Under the pieces are notes generated by a model. It searched no databases. It was given only the letters and a program-made list of their open reading frames with translations, and had not been told where the DNA came from. From the NCBI GenBank assembly GCA_005888595.1, contig VBAL01000009.1, forward strand, positions 1-45,008: a stretch of DNA of 45,008 nucleotides, in the 5' to 3' direction. Made by a program: the position numbers and the translations under genes. Shown here one piece after another: positions 1-8,577 of the stretch; the stretch's first letter is position 1; each line of letters opens with the position of its first letter. This stretch comes from Candidatus Segetimicrobium genomatis. GTDB lineage: Bacteria; Sysuimicrobiota; Sysuimicrobiia; Sysuimicrobiales; Kaftiobacteriaceae.

Positions 1-26
1 CCCCGGCCCGGCTGCACTGATCGGCC

Positions 27-635
27 ATGACGACAGTCGCGTCGCCCCCGAACGTGCCGCCGTCGGTCGCGCCGCCGCGACCGGTGGCAACGCGCGGGCC
101 GGAGCCCAAACCGGCCGAAACGGGTGTCTGGGTCGCGATCGCGACCATTTCGATGTCGTTTGCGGCGCTCACCAGTGCCATGGTGGTGCGGGCGAGCGCG
201 GCCCCGGACTGGCAGCATTTTCGGCTGCCGCCGATCCTCTACCTCAACACCCTGGTCCTCCTCGCCTCGAGCTTCACCCTCGCCGCGGCGCGGCGGCGGA
301 TCACTGCTGTCTCGGTACGAGACGGTCTCCCGGGGCTGTACGTCACCCTCGGTCTCGGACTGCTGTTCGTCACCGGGCAGATCCTGGCGTGGCGCCAGCT
401 CGCCGCGCAGGGACTGTTCCTCGCGACGAGCCCCAGCAGCGCGTTTTTCTACGTCTTCACCGCCCTGCATGGGCTCCACGTGCTGGGTGGCCTCGCGGGG
501 TTGCTGTACGTGCTGCGGCGAATCCGTCGGGTCGTTCCCGCGCCCATGACCGCGCTCGGTGCGGCCACGCTGTATTGGCACTTTATGGACGTACTGTGGC
601 TGTACCTGCTCCTGATCCTGATTATTCGGGTGTAA
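27..635 (+). CDS. coxC: Heme-copper (cytochrome c) oxidase subunit III family protein, first copy
   Basis: 202-aa multi-TM protein with FTALHGLHVLGG and LYWHFMD motifs typical of subunit III. Confidence 0.9.
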   Translation: MTTVASPPNVPPSVAPPRPVATRGPEPKPAETGVWVAIATISMSFAALTSAMVVRASAAPDWQHFRLPPILYLNTLVLLASSFTLAAARRRITAVSVRDGLPGLYVTLGLGLLFVTGQILAWRQLAAQGLFLATSPSSAFFYVFTALHGLHVLGGLAGLLYVLRRIRRVVPAPMTALGAATLYWHFMDVLWLYLLLILIIRV

Positions 636-662
636 TCGGCTGCTGGGACGAGGGGAGGCGTT

Positions 663-1292
663 GTGGGCGAGTCTGCGATGACCATGGGAGCCCGACCGGG
701 AGCCTTGATGGAGGAGTCTCCCTACGGCATTCAGTCCAAGAAGCTGGCGATCTGGTTGTTCATCATCGCCGACGCGGCGACATTCGGCGCGATCCTGTTT
801 GCCTATGGCTATCTCCGCGTAGCGAATCCCGACTGGACGAGGCCCTTCGAGTTCTGGCCGACGATCGCGAACGGCATCGCGATGACCGTCGCGCTGCTCA
901 CCAGCAGCCTGACCATGATAGGCGCGGTGCAATCTGCCCAAGCGGGCCGGAAATCCGCCGGTGTGCGCTGGCTCGGCGTCACCATGGCGCTGGGACTCGT
1001 GTTCGTCTTGCTGCTGCTGCGCGAGTGGTCCGGCATGATCGCTGCAGGGTGGCGGCTGTCGCGCAATCCCCTGGGCGGGTCGGTCCTCTTTGGGGCGACG
1101 TTCTTCGGCATCACGGGACTGCACCTGCTGCACGTGATTGCCGGTGTGGTCGCGATCGCCGTCATCGCCAGCGGATTCAACCGCGATCGGCTGGACGCCG
1201 GGCACGTCGAGACGACCGGCCTCTACTGGCATTTTGTCAATTTGGTGCAGCTGTTCGTCTTCCCGCTGGTCTATCTGATGAACGTCCGCTGA
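663..1292 (+). CDS. Heme-copper oxidase subunit III family protein, second copy
   Basis: WLFIIADAATFGA, ITGLHLLHVIAG and GLYWHFVN motifs; GGAGG just upstream of GTG663 (ATG678 is an alternative start). Confidence 0.88.
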   Translation: MGESAMTMGARPGALMEESPYGIQSKKLAIWLFIIADAATFGAILFAYGYLRVANPDWTRPFEFWPTIANGIAMTVALLTSSLTMIGAVQSAQAGRKSAGVRWLGVTMALGLVFVLLLLREWSGMIAAGWRLSRNPLGGSVLFGATFFGITGLHLLHVIAGVVAIAVIASGFNRDRLDAGHVETTGLYWHFVNLVQLFVFPLVYLMNVR

Positions 1293-1319
1293 AGGACAAC
1301 TCGAACGAAAGGGCAGGCC

Positions 1320-1628
1320 ATGGCCGAGGCGCGGCACAGTGCCGGCATGAAACGATACGTGGTCGTCTGGATCGGGTTGATCCTCATTGTGGCCATCGAG
1401 GTGCTGTTGACGTACCAGCACCTGCCGGCGGGCAGGCTGCTCGCGTTCCTCCTGGTGCTCGCGTTCATCGCGGCGGCGCTGGGGGTGATGTACTTCATGC
1501 ATCTGAGGTACGAGCGCGCCAGCCTGTTCTGGAGTCTCATCCCCTACCTCATCTTCGCGCTGTTTATGATGGATCACGTCTGGCCGGACGCGTTCCGTCT
1601 GATGCACCAGCGCCTGCCGGCGCCGTAA
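1320..1628 (+). CDS. Cytochrome c oxidase subunit IV family (caa3-type) membrane protein
   Basis: Three hydrophobic segments and YFMHLRYE motif; follows the subunit III genes. Confidence 0.85.
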   Translation: MAEARHSAGMKRYVVVWIGLILIVAIEVLLTYQHLPAGRLLAFLLVLAFIAAALGVMYFMHLRYERASLFWSLIPYLIFALFMMDHVWPDAFRLMHQRLPAP

Positions 1629-1654
1629 CGCCGCCGAGCGACACTCGCGTGAGC

Positions 1655-1756
1655 ATGGGTGCACTGGTGGGCGGCATGCTCATCCTGACGGGAGCGGCCT
1701 TCTGCCTCGTCGCCGGTATCGCGGTCGCGGCGTACCGCAAACGCAAGCAGGGGTAA
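1655..1756 (+). CDS. 33-aa single-TM protein, putative oxidase accessory subunit
   Basis: MGALVGGMLILTGAAFCLVAGIAVAAYRKRKQG: one hydrophobic helix then a basic tail, 26 nt after subunit IV; it is the 3' end of the otherwise spurious 389..1756 ORF. Confidence 0.5.
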   Translation: MGALVGGMLILTGAAFCLVAGIAVAAYRKRKQG

Positions 1757-1822
1757 GGCGGCCGGTTCGGTGGCTTCTCCCTCAGTGACCGATCTCACAC
1801 AAATTGCGGCTGAATGTCCCAC

Positions 1823-1853
1823 TTGACGGCGGCGCTCCCCCCCCTGTTATCCT
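1823..1853 (+). promoter_or_regulatory. Candidate sigma70-type promoter
   Basis: TTGACG (1823-1828), 19-nt spacer, TG-n-TATCCT (extended -10 at 1845-1853), upstream of the response regulator. Confidence 0.4.
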
Positions 1854-1874
1854 GAGGAATCAGCACTATCTCAC

Positions 1875-1918
1875 GGCCCCGTTGCGCCCGCGAACGGCTC
1901 AACGGGGTCCCTTTTTTT
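1875..1918 (+). promoter_or_regulatory. Hairpin motif copy 1 with 7-U tail (leader attenuator or terminator)
   Basis: ggccccgttg-c-gcc[cgcgaac]ggc-t-caacggggtcc followed by cttttttt; first 19 nt identical to 4881-4899. Confidence 0.7.
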
Positions 1919-1941
1919 GTGCGGAGTCGAGGGCACTCGCG

Positions 1942-2655
1942 ATGCCGTCCCCAGCGCCGCTCCACCCCGCGCCCGCGGTGATCAAGCTCCTCGTCGCCGC
2001 CGACCGCCTCGTCGTGCGCGAGGGCCTCAAGCGCATCGTCACGGAGCCGGGGATGCGGGTAGTCGGCGAGGCGGCCACGCTCGAACAGGTGCTCGACCGG
2101 GCGGCCGATCCAGACGTGCTACTCCTGGACCTGTTCCTCGGGGATCGGAAGACCCTCGCGCTCATCCGCGAGATGAAGCAGCGCCACCCCAGCTGTCGCA
2201 TCCTGGTGATGAACGTGGAAGGCGAAGACCCCGATGCCCTGCGCATCTTGGGAACCGGCGCGGCCGGCTACCTCACCAAGGACTACTCGCGCCGCCAGCT
2301 GCTCGACGCGATCCGGCAGGTCGCAGGCGGCGCATCGTACGTGAGCCCCTCACTGGCCGCGGTGCTGATCTCCGGTCTGCACGGTGGCAAGAAGCGGGGG
2401 CACGAGGCTCTCTCGGATCGGGAATACCAGGTGCTGTGCCTGTTCGGCTCTGGGATTCCGTTCAAGCACATCGCCGCCGAGCTCGGCGTGAGCCCTAAGA
2501 CGGTGAGCACCTACCGCAGTCGGATCCTCGACAAGCTCAAGCTGCGCGGCAACGCGGACATCATTCGCTACGCGATCGAGCACCACCTGGTGCTCGGAGC
2601 AACGCGGCAGCCGCGGCGTCGGAAAACGACGACGCAGCGCTCCGCCGGACTCTGA
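1942..2655 (+). CDS. NarL/FixJ-family response regulator (REC + LuxR HTH)
   Basis: DVLLLDL receiver, GAAGYLTK, LSDREYQVL...IAAELGVSPKTVSTYRSRILDKL; start moved from 1804 to ATG1942. Confidence 0.93.
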   Translation: MPSPAPLHPAPAVIKLLVAADRLVVREGLKRIVTEPGMRVVGEAATLEQVLDRAADPDVLLLDLFLGDRKTLALIREMKQRHPSCRILVMNVEGEDPDALRILGTGAAGYLTKDYSRRQLLDAIRQVAGGASYVSPSLAAVLISGLHGGKKRGHEALSDREYQVLCLFGSGIPFKHIAAELGVSPKTVSTYRSRILDKLKLRGNADIIRYAIEHHLVLGATRQPRRRKTTTQRSAGL

Positions 2656-2787
2656 CGCGGCGCGTCGGACTCTTTGCCTGCTGCGGGCCGCGAATCGCGT
2701 CGCCCCACGAGGCCGGCGGGCCCAACATTGATGCGCCACTCCGCTCCAACCCGCCCGCGAGCCGCACGGCTGCGCTGACGCCACAAC

Positions 2788-2804
2788 GCGGCACCTGCCT
2801 TGCC
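2788..2804 (+). promoter_or_regulatory. Candidate sigma54 (-24/-12) promoter
   Basis: GCGGCACCTGCCTTGCC = GGCA-N6-TTGC with exact GG-N10-GC spacing, 54 nt before ATG2858. Confidence 0.6.
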
Positions 2805-2857
2805 TCTTATGCGAGATGTTCGCGTTCCCATCCACTTCTCTCGCAAAGAAGGACACT

Positions 2858-3907
2858 ATGGCGATTCCACGGAAACCCGTACTCGGTGCGAGCGTGCTCG
2901 TGGCCGTAGCGCTCGCGCTCGCCTGCTCGGAGCGCCCCAATCCGGTGGCGCCCGCGTTTTGGGCGGGTGGGTCCGCAGCCACCCACGCGACCGGTTACAG
3001 CGGTCGCGCCACAGTCGTGCAAGCCAAGGTGCTCGGCGTGTCGACGAAGCTCGGCGACACCGGTCCTCTGCCGTCATCCGGTGGGGCGGAGGAGGCATCG
3101 CTCTTGAACGCGAGCGTCCCCGGGCTGCTCACAGCGGAAGTCGTGCACGCCACCACCGTGGGCCAGGGCAACGCCAGCCGGTCCGAGGCAGCGGTGGCCA
3201 ATGTCACGCTCACGGTCGCCGGGAACACCATCTCGGCGGGCTTTCTGGAGGCGCGCGCGACGGCCATGTGCACCGACAACGGCGCGACGGCGAGCGGCAG
3301 CTCGGACATCGCCACGTTGATCGTCAACAGCCAGACGATCACCGTCTCCGGTGAGCCCAACCAAACCATCTCGTTGCTGGGCGGCGCCGTGCTGATCATC
3401 AATGAGCAGACCAGTGACCGCCCGGGGGACATCACCGTCAACGCGCTGCACGTCAAGGTAGACGACATTACCGATGTCGTCATCTCGTCGGCGCACGCGG
3501 ACATCATGTGTGAGGCCGGCCCGCCGCCGGCCGGCTGCAGCGGCGGCGACTTCGTGACAGGGGGTGGGTGGATCACCCCGTCCGGGGCCAAGGCGAACTT
3601 TGGCGTCGCCGGCGGGATCAAACAGAGCGCGCTCTGGGGCCATTTGGTCTACAACGATCACGGCCCGAACGGCCCGCAGGTGAAGGGCACCGGCGTGACC
3701 GCCTACAGCGTGACTGACGCCGTGACCCGGCACATCGAGGGCACGGCCGAGATAAACGGCCAGGGGGGATTTACGTACAAGGTCGATGTGACCGACAACG
3801 GCGAGCCCGGACGCAACGACTACTTCGCGCTCAGCCTGTCGAACGGCTACGGCGCGAAGGGGTCACTCGACGGCGGCAACATCCAGCTGCACGCACCCTG
3901 CCAGTAG
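2858..3907 (+). CDS. Lipoprotein with choice-of-anchor P-like domain and C-terminal post-COAP-1-like domain
   Basis: RBS aagaagga before ATG2858; signal peptide ending ALALAC; beta-rich body; C-terminal FVTGGGWI...DNGEPG...GGNIQLH. Confidence 0.75.
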   Translation: MAIPRKPVLGASVLVAVALALACSERPNPVAPAFWAGGSAATHATGYSGRATVVQAKVLGVSTKLGDTGPLPSSGGAEEASLLNASVPGLLTAEVVHATTVGQGNASRSEAAVANVTLTVAGNTISAGFLEARATAMCTDNGATASGSSDIATLIVNSQTITVSGEPNQTISLLGGAVLIINEQTSDRPGDITVNALHVKVDDITDVVISSAHADIMCEAGPPPAGCSGGDFVTGGGWITPSGAKANFGVAGGIKQSALWGHLVYNDHGPNGPQVKGTGVTAYSVTDAVTRHIEGTAEINGQGGFTYKVDVTDNGEPGRNDYFALSLSNGYGAKGSLDGGNIQLHAPCQ

Positions 3908-3932
3908 CGGCCCGTACCGGGAACGGAACAGC

Positions 3933-3965
3933 GGGGGCAGGAGCGGCGTAAGGCTTCCTGCCCCC
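3933..3965 (+). terminator. Hairpin after the lipoprotein gene, probable terminator
   Basis: gggggcagga (3933-3942) pairs with tcctgccccc (3956-3965); only a weak pyrimidine tail. Confidence 0.5.
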
Positions 3966-3986
3966 ACTCCTTTCCCGGATCGCGCC

Positions 3987-4493
3987 ATGAGTCACGTGGT
4001 TCCGACCGTACTCCTCCTCGCCTGTTGCGTCGTGGGGCTGGTGCTCGTCCCCCTCGGGCTGCCCGGCTTGTGGCTCATGGTGCTCGGCGTGCTCGGCTAC
4101 GGTTGGCTCACCGCCTTTCGGTCGGTGGGCATGGGCATCTTGGCGCTGGTCGCCGGTCTGGCGCTGCTCGGGGAGGTGATCGAGTGGTGGTTCGGCTTCC
4201 GGTTCGCCGAGCGCTACGGCGGCTCGCGCCGGGCAGGGTGGGGCGCCCTGGTGGGTGGCCTCGTGGGGGCCGCGATCGGCGTGCCCATCCCGATCGTGGG
4301 CAGCGTCATCGGGGCGTTCGTGGGATCCTTCGTCGGAGCCGCGCTACTCGAGTACACGCGCAGCGCGCGGGCGGGCGTCGCGGTGAGCGCGGGTTGGGGA
4401 GCAGTGCTGGGGCGTGGCGCCGCGGCGGCGGTGAAGGTGGCGTTGGGTCTCGTGATCGCCGTGATCGGGGTGCTCGCGCTGCTCAGGACGTGA
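3987..4493 (+). CDS. DUF456 family membrane protein
   Basis: LVPLGLPGLWL and YGGSRRAGWGALVGGLVG glycine-rich helices. Confidence 0.85.
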   Translation: MSHVVPTVLLLACCVVGLVLVPLGLPGLWLMVLGVLGYGWLTAFRSVGMGILALVAGLALLGEVIEWWFGFRFAERYGGSRRAGWGALVGGLVGAAIGVPIPIVGSVIGAFVGSFVGAALLEYTRSARAGVAVSAGWGAVLGRGAAAAVKVALGLVIAVIGVLALLRT

Positions 4494-4731
4494 GCCCGAG
4501 TCGTTTCTCGATGTGTGTCTTCACCGCCGGCGTAATGATCTCGCGCCGCAGCGCGTCCGCGAGTGCCGCGGAGATGGCCGGGCGATCGGCGTCGAGCTTG
4601 CGCTCGCGGAGCTCGCGAATCACGCGCGCGAGGCGCTGGTCGTAGTCGCCGGGTTGCAGCGCGTCGGCGTCCATCTGCTGCTTCAGCTTCTCCAGCTCCT
4701 GGACCAGTCGCTCGACCGAGATAGCCGCCAT
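4483..4731 (-). CDS. 82-aa helical hypothetical protein
   Basis: AGGAGG RBS then ATG4731 (MAAISVERLVQELEKLKQQ...); amphipathic helical pattern; 3' end overlaps DUF456 by 11 nt. Confidence 0.7.
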   Translation of the reverse strand: MAAISVERLVQELEKLKQQMDADALQPGDYDQRLARVIRELRERKLDADRPAISAALADALRREIITPAVKTHIEKRLGLTS

Positions 4732-4880
4732 CAGACGCCTCCTAATGGGGAACGGCACGGTAGGGGCGAAAGGTACAGGCCGACGGTGACGGCGGCTACG
4801 CCAGCCCAGTTGTTGCGTCGCCGCGACGCTTGACTCGCACGCGGGTATTGCGCACCGTAGGGGGCAGTCAGGCAAGTCCT

Positions 4881-4913
4881 GGCCCCGTTGCGCCCGCGAT
4901 TGGCCAACGGGGC
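4881..4913 (+). promoter_or_regulatory. Hairpin motif copy 2 in the leader of the hybrid kinase
   Basis: gccccgttg-c-gcc[cgcgatt]ggc-caacggggc; perfect 9-bp outer stem; TTGACT at 4830. Confidence 0.7.
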
Positions 4914-4940
4914 ATTCATTTTAGGGGGACGCCGCATCAC

Positions 4941-6782
4941 GTGGACGCACAAGCGCTGCTCGACACTCTCGATCTGGGCGTGGTGGTGATCGCTCCCGAC
5001 TGGACGATCGCCCAATGGTCCGCGGCGGCCTGCCGGATCACGGGGCTCACCGCGGATCGGGTGCTGGGCCGAACCTTCTGGGTCGCCTTTCCGACGGCGA
5101 GGGGGACCCACGTCGAACAGGTGCTGCAGGACGTGCTGGCCGACGGCCAACCCCGGACGATTCTCGCCCCGGCTCGCCCGGAATTCCCTGCGCTGGTGTT
5201 CGAGACCCGAGTGACGCGGGGGCCCCGCAACCATCTGGTCATGGCGTTCCGGCAGGTGCGCGAGGAGCTGCCGCCGGAGTCTCGGGCGGCACAGCTCGTC
5301 GACGCGTTCGAGACGGAGCGGCGCCTCTACGTCCAGCTGTTCGCTTCGCTGCCCACGCCCGCGCTGGTGCTCGCCGCGGACGGCCAGATCCTCGATGCCA
5401 ACCCGGAGGGCGCGAGGCTACTGGGCGTGTCGGAGGTGCTGGCGCTGCGGGGGCGCGCGCTCGCCGACTGGGCACCCGCGGCGCAGCGGGCGCCGCTCGC
5501 GGCGGGGCTGCGCGACGCAATCACCCGGCGGCAGGAGCTGCGGTTCACCGTCGAGTTCGCGGGCGAGCCGGCCCGCGACGTGCACGCCGTGGTCGTGAAC
5601 GTGGATCCCGCTCGCGCGGCGCCGACGCTGCTGCTTGTGGCCGTAGACGTGTCGCGCGAGCTGCTGCTCCAGCGGCGGCTGCTGCAGGCCGACCGGCTGT
5701 CGCAGCTCGGCGCGCTGGTGTCCGGGGTGGCGCACGAGCTGAACAATCCGCTCGCCGCGATCGCGGCGTTCGCTGAGCTGCTCGCGGTGGATCCGCCGCA
5801 GCAGACGGACCTCAAGGAGAGTGCCGAGATCATCCGCTGCGAGGCGATGCGGGCCGGCCGGATCGTCCGGACGCTGCTCGATTTCGCCCGCCAGCGGCCG
5901 CGCATGGAGGTGGCGGTCGATCTCGCGGAGATCGTGGAGCGCGTGCTCGCGCTGCAGCGCAGCGCGTTCAAGAAGGCCCGCGTCCGCGTCGTCGTCTCCC
6001 TCCCTGACGATCTGCCCGTCGTCACCGGCGACCCCCAGGAGCTGCAGCAGGTGTTCCTCAACGCGGTCGTCAACGCCCGCCAGGCGATCGACGGCACAGG
6101 TCGTCCCGGCCAGATCACGATCGCCGCCGGACGCACCGATCATCACGTGCTGGTGACGGTGGACGACACGGGGCCCGGCGTGCCCCCCGAGCTGCTGGAG
6201 CGCGTGTTCGAGCCGTTCTTCACGACGAAGGGCGAGCAGGGCACGGGTCTGGGCCTCGCGATCAGCTTCGGTCTGGTCCGGACCATGGGGGGACGGATGT
6301 GGATACAGAACGTCGAAGGCGGCGGTGCCCGGCTCTCGTTCGAGCTGCCGATGGACACGGCCCCCGCCGCCTCCCCGGCGCCGACACCGTTCCAACCCGC
6401 CGCGCGCCCTCTCTCGGTGTTCGTGGTGGACGATGAGGAAGGTGTGCGCCGGGGCATGGTCCTGCTCGCGAAGCGCCTGGGACACGAAGTGACGAGCGTC
6501 GCCGACTTCGCGAGCGCCGCGCAACACCTCGCCGCGCCGGGCGCGCGCTTCGACGCCGTGCTGCTGGACGTGCACCTGGACGAAGACCACACGGGCTTCG
6601 ATCTGTTCGAGCGGCTGCGACTCGCGGGACGGGGCCAGGAGCGTCGTATCGTGTTCACGACCGGGGACTCGATCTCGCCGCAAACTCGCGACGCGCTGCA
6701 GCGCTCCGAGCGCCCCGTCCTTCGCAAACCTTTCAGTCTGGAGGAACTGCGCGAAATGTTGGAGCGCGTAGCGAGCGGGTAA
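4941..6782 (+). CDS. Hybrid sensor histidine kinase (2 PAS + HisKA + HATPase + REC)
   Basis: VAHELNNPL H-box, QVFLNAVVNA N-box, DDTGPG, FEPFFTTK, GTGLGL; receiver VVDDEE...LLDVH...RKPF; start moved to GTG4941. Confidence 0.93.
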   Translation: MDAQALLDTLDLGVVVIAPDWTIAQWSAAACRITGLTADRVLGRTFWVAFPTARGTHVEQVLQDVLADGQPRTILAPARPEFPALVFETRVTRGPRNHLVMAFRQVREELPPESRAAQLVDAFETERRLYVQLFASLPTPALVLAADGQILDANPEGARLLGVSEVLALRGRALADWAPAAQRAPLAAGLRDAITRRQELRFTVEFAGEPARDVHAVVVNVDPARAAPTLLLVAVDVSRELLLQRRLLQADRLSQLGALVSGVAHELNNPLAAIAAFAELLAVDPPQQTDLKESAEIIRCEAMRAGRIVRTLLDFARQRPRMEVAVDLAEIVERVLALQRSAFKKARVRVVVSLPDDLPVVTGDPQELQQVFLNAVVNARQAIDGTGRPGQITIAAGRTDHHVLVTVDDTGPGVPPELLERVFEPFFTTKGEQGTGLGLAISFGLVRTMGGRMWIQNVEGGGARLSFELPMDTAPAASPAPTPFQPAARPLSVFVVDDEEGVRRGMVLLAKRLGHEVTSVADFASAAQHLAAPGARFDAVLLDVHLDEDHTGFDLFERLRLAGRGQERRIVFTTGDSISPQTRDALQRSERPVLRKPFSLEELREMLERVASG

Positions 6783-7142
6783 GCCTGTGGCGACCGGGCC
6801 GCATGTTGAGTGGGGGCTCCACCGTCGCACCCACGCGGCGACCGGCGCTCGCGTAAGTCTCAGTACCACAAGGCTGATGGGCTGGCCTACCCGTGGCATC
6901 CAGCTTGCACGAAGTGGCGTGCGGCTGCGGGGAGCGAGCCAAATTGTGTTGACCACTGCGGCATGGCTCGACGTGCTCGGAGAGCGAGCGCTGCGGGCGC
7001 CACGTGGTGGCTTCGCTCCCCGCGGGCCGCCACCACGGCAAACGTCCCATATGGCACCGGTATGTCGCGCTTGGGCGCCGCAGGCCTCCTAACGGAGGCT
7101 CTCGACCGGGCAGGTTCGGGCACCTGACCGGTACCGAGCCGC

Positions 7143-8009
7143 ATGCCAAATCGGAAGGGTCTCTCCCGTCCGCCGCGTGTTCTCATCGCGAGCGACCAGA
7201 ACCAGAATCTGCGGCAACTGGAGAACGTCCTCGGCCAAGAAGGCTATTCCGTGCTCCGCCTGTATGCGGGCGCCCCGGTACTCGAGCGGGCCCGGGACGT
7301 GCGTCCGGATGTGATCCTGCTCGATGCCAGGCTCGCCGACCGCGACAGCCTCGAGCTGGGCCACGCGCTGCGCGACGATCCGCTGGTCGGCACGAGCACG
7401 CCGATTCTCCTCTTGACGCCGGGCCATCCGACGCCCAAGGACCATAAGGCCGCGCTGCGCGTCGGTATCTGGGAGCTGCTCCCGCTGCCGCTCGACCCCG
7501 ACGAGCTGCTACCGACCCTGGACCGGTACGTCCGCGCCAAGATCGATGCCGACCTCCTACCCCGGGCCAACATGGTGGACGACCTGACGGGCCTGTATAC
7601 GCCGGCGGGCTTGGCACGCCGGGCGCGCGACCTGATCGTCCAGGCCTCCCACCACAACACGTCGGCCGCCTGTGTGGTGTTCGCGCCGGTTCTCGAAGGC
7701 GAGCCGTCGGTCGAGCTGCTGCAGCTCGTCGGGCGCACGTTTCAAGCCGGCGGGCGCCGTTCGGACGCGATCGGACGAGTGGGGCAGGGGGAGTTCGCCG
7801 TGGTCGCGCCGGGCACCGACGCGGTGGGAGCGGTCAAGCTCGCCCAGCGGTTCCGTCGCGCCATGCCGACCCCCGAGCTGCGGGCGGGGTATGACGCCGT
7901 CGGCAACGTTCGCTACACGCCTGTGGATGCGAATGACCTCCTGGCGCATGCCGCTCGCGCCCTGCAACTGGCCAAAGCCGAGGGAAAATGGATTCGAGCG
8001 TTCACGTGA
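7143..8009 (+). CDS. Atypical receiver + degenerate GGDEF domain protein
   Basis: REC with ILLDA but lacking the acidic pair (IASDQ) and the conserved Lys (LLPLP); DDLTGLY and RVGQGEFAVV in place of GG(D/E)EF. Confidence 0.8.
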   Translation: MPNRKGLSRPPRVLIASDQNQNLRQLENVLGQEGYSVLRLYAGAPVLERARDVRPDVILLDARLADRDSLELGHALRDDPLVGTSTPILLLTPGHPTPKDHKAALRVGIWELLPLPLDPDELLPTLDRYVRAKIDADLLPRANMVDDLTGLYTPAGLARRARDLIVQASHHNTSAACVVFAPVLEGEPSVELLQLVGRTFQAGGRRSDAIGRVGQGEFAVVAPGTDAVGAVKLAQRFRRAMPTPELRAGYDAVGNVRYTPVDANDLLAHAARALQLAKAEGKWIRAFT

Positions 8010-8554
8010 ACGAGGTGGCGCTCGCGAGCCGGCTGCGCGAAGTACCCACCCGTGTGCTCCACGGGCTGCGCCGGCGCGCGGCGCTCGCGGCGCTGCGCCG
8101 TCGTCCTCGTGTGACGTCGCTGCTGGTGGTGTGTCACGGCAACCTGTGCCGCAGCCCGTTCGCCGCGGCGCTGTTGCGCGCATCGCTTGCCGTGCGCGGT
8201 GTGCGCGTCGACTCGGCCGGGTTGTCCGGAACCGGTCGACGGTCGTCGCCCGAGGCGGTCGTGGCGGCGGCGCGCTTTGGCATCGATCTCTCCGCTCACC
8301 GGTCGCAACCCCTGACCGGGGACGGTGCCCGAGCGGTCGATCTCATAATCGTCATGGACTCCGTGCAGCGCCGCGAGGTGTGCGATCGCTTCGGGCGGTC
8401 CGAGCGCGACGTCCTCCTGTTGGGCGACCTCGACCCGGAACCACGGGAACCGCGCACGATCCGGGATCCGGTGAACCAGGCACTCACCGTGTTCGAGGAG
8501 ACCTACGCACGGATCGCGCGCTGCGCGCGTGAGCTGGAGCGGGCGATTGGTTAG
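8006..8554 (+). CDS. Low-molecular-weight protein tyrosine phosphatase (Wzb-like)
   Basis: VCHGNLCRS (CX5R) and IRDP motifs; GTGA overlap with the upstream stop supports GTG8006. Confidence 0.9.
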   Translation: MNEVALASRLREVPTRVLHGLRRRAALAALRRRPRVTSLLVVCHGNLCRSPFAAALLRASLAVRGVRVDSAGLSGTGRRSSPEAVVAAARFGIDLSAHRSQPLTGDGARAVDLIIVMDSVQRREVCDRFGRSERDVLLLGDLDPEPREPRTIRDPVNQALTVFEETYARIARCARELERAIG

Positions 8555-8577
8555 CTTGCTGTCGTCAGGAGCGGCCG

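Noticed and set aside
389-1654. 455-aa ORF overlapping the cox genes
   Set aside because: Arg/Ala-rich off-frame shadow of real genes; only its last 33 codons look coding
1837-1844. C8 run in the promoter spacer as a phase-variation tract
   Set aside because: Short for a slippage tract in GC-rich DNA, and no read data; it could explain the 19-nt spacer but is unsupported
2749-2760. A further gcccgcga
   Set aside because: No flanking stem; expected by chance in GC-rich DNA
5418-6956. Long antisense and off-frame ORFs over the kinase, and similar ones at 9655..10917, 18828..19658, 27632..28642 and 42772..43908
   Set aside because: Typical of high-GC DNA; no motifs, and each overlaps a well-supported gene
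7003-7037. 9-bp hairpin cgtggtggc/gccaccacg with cccgcg in its loop, upstream of the GGDEF-like gene
   Set aside because: Only loosely similar to the duplicated motif (different stem and loop, no matching TTGAC spacing seen); worth including only if a covariance model picks it up
7051-7066. TGGCACCGGTATGTC as a sigma54 site
   Set aside because: No GC at the -12 position with 10-nt spacing
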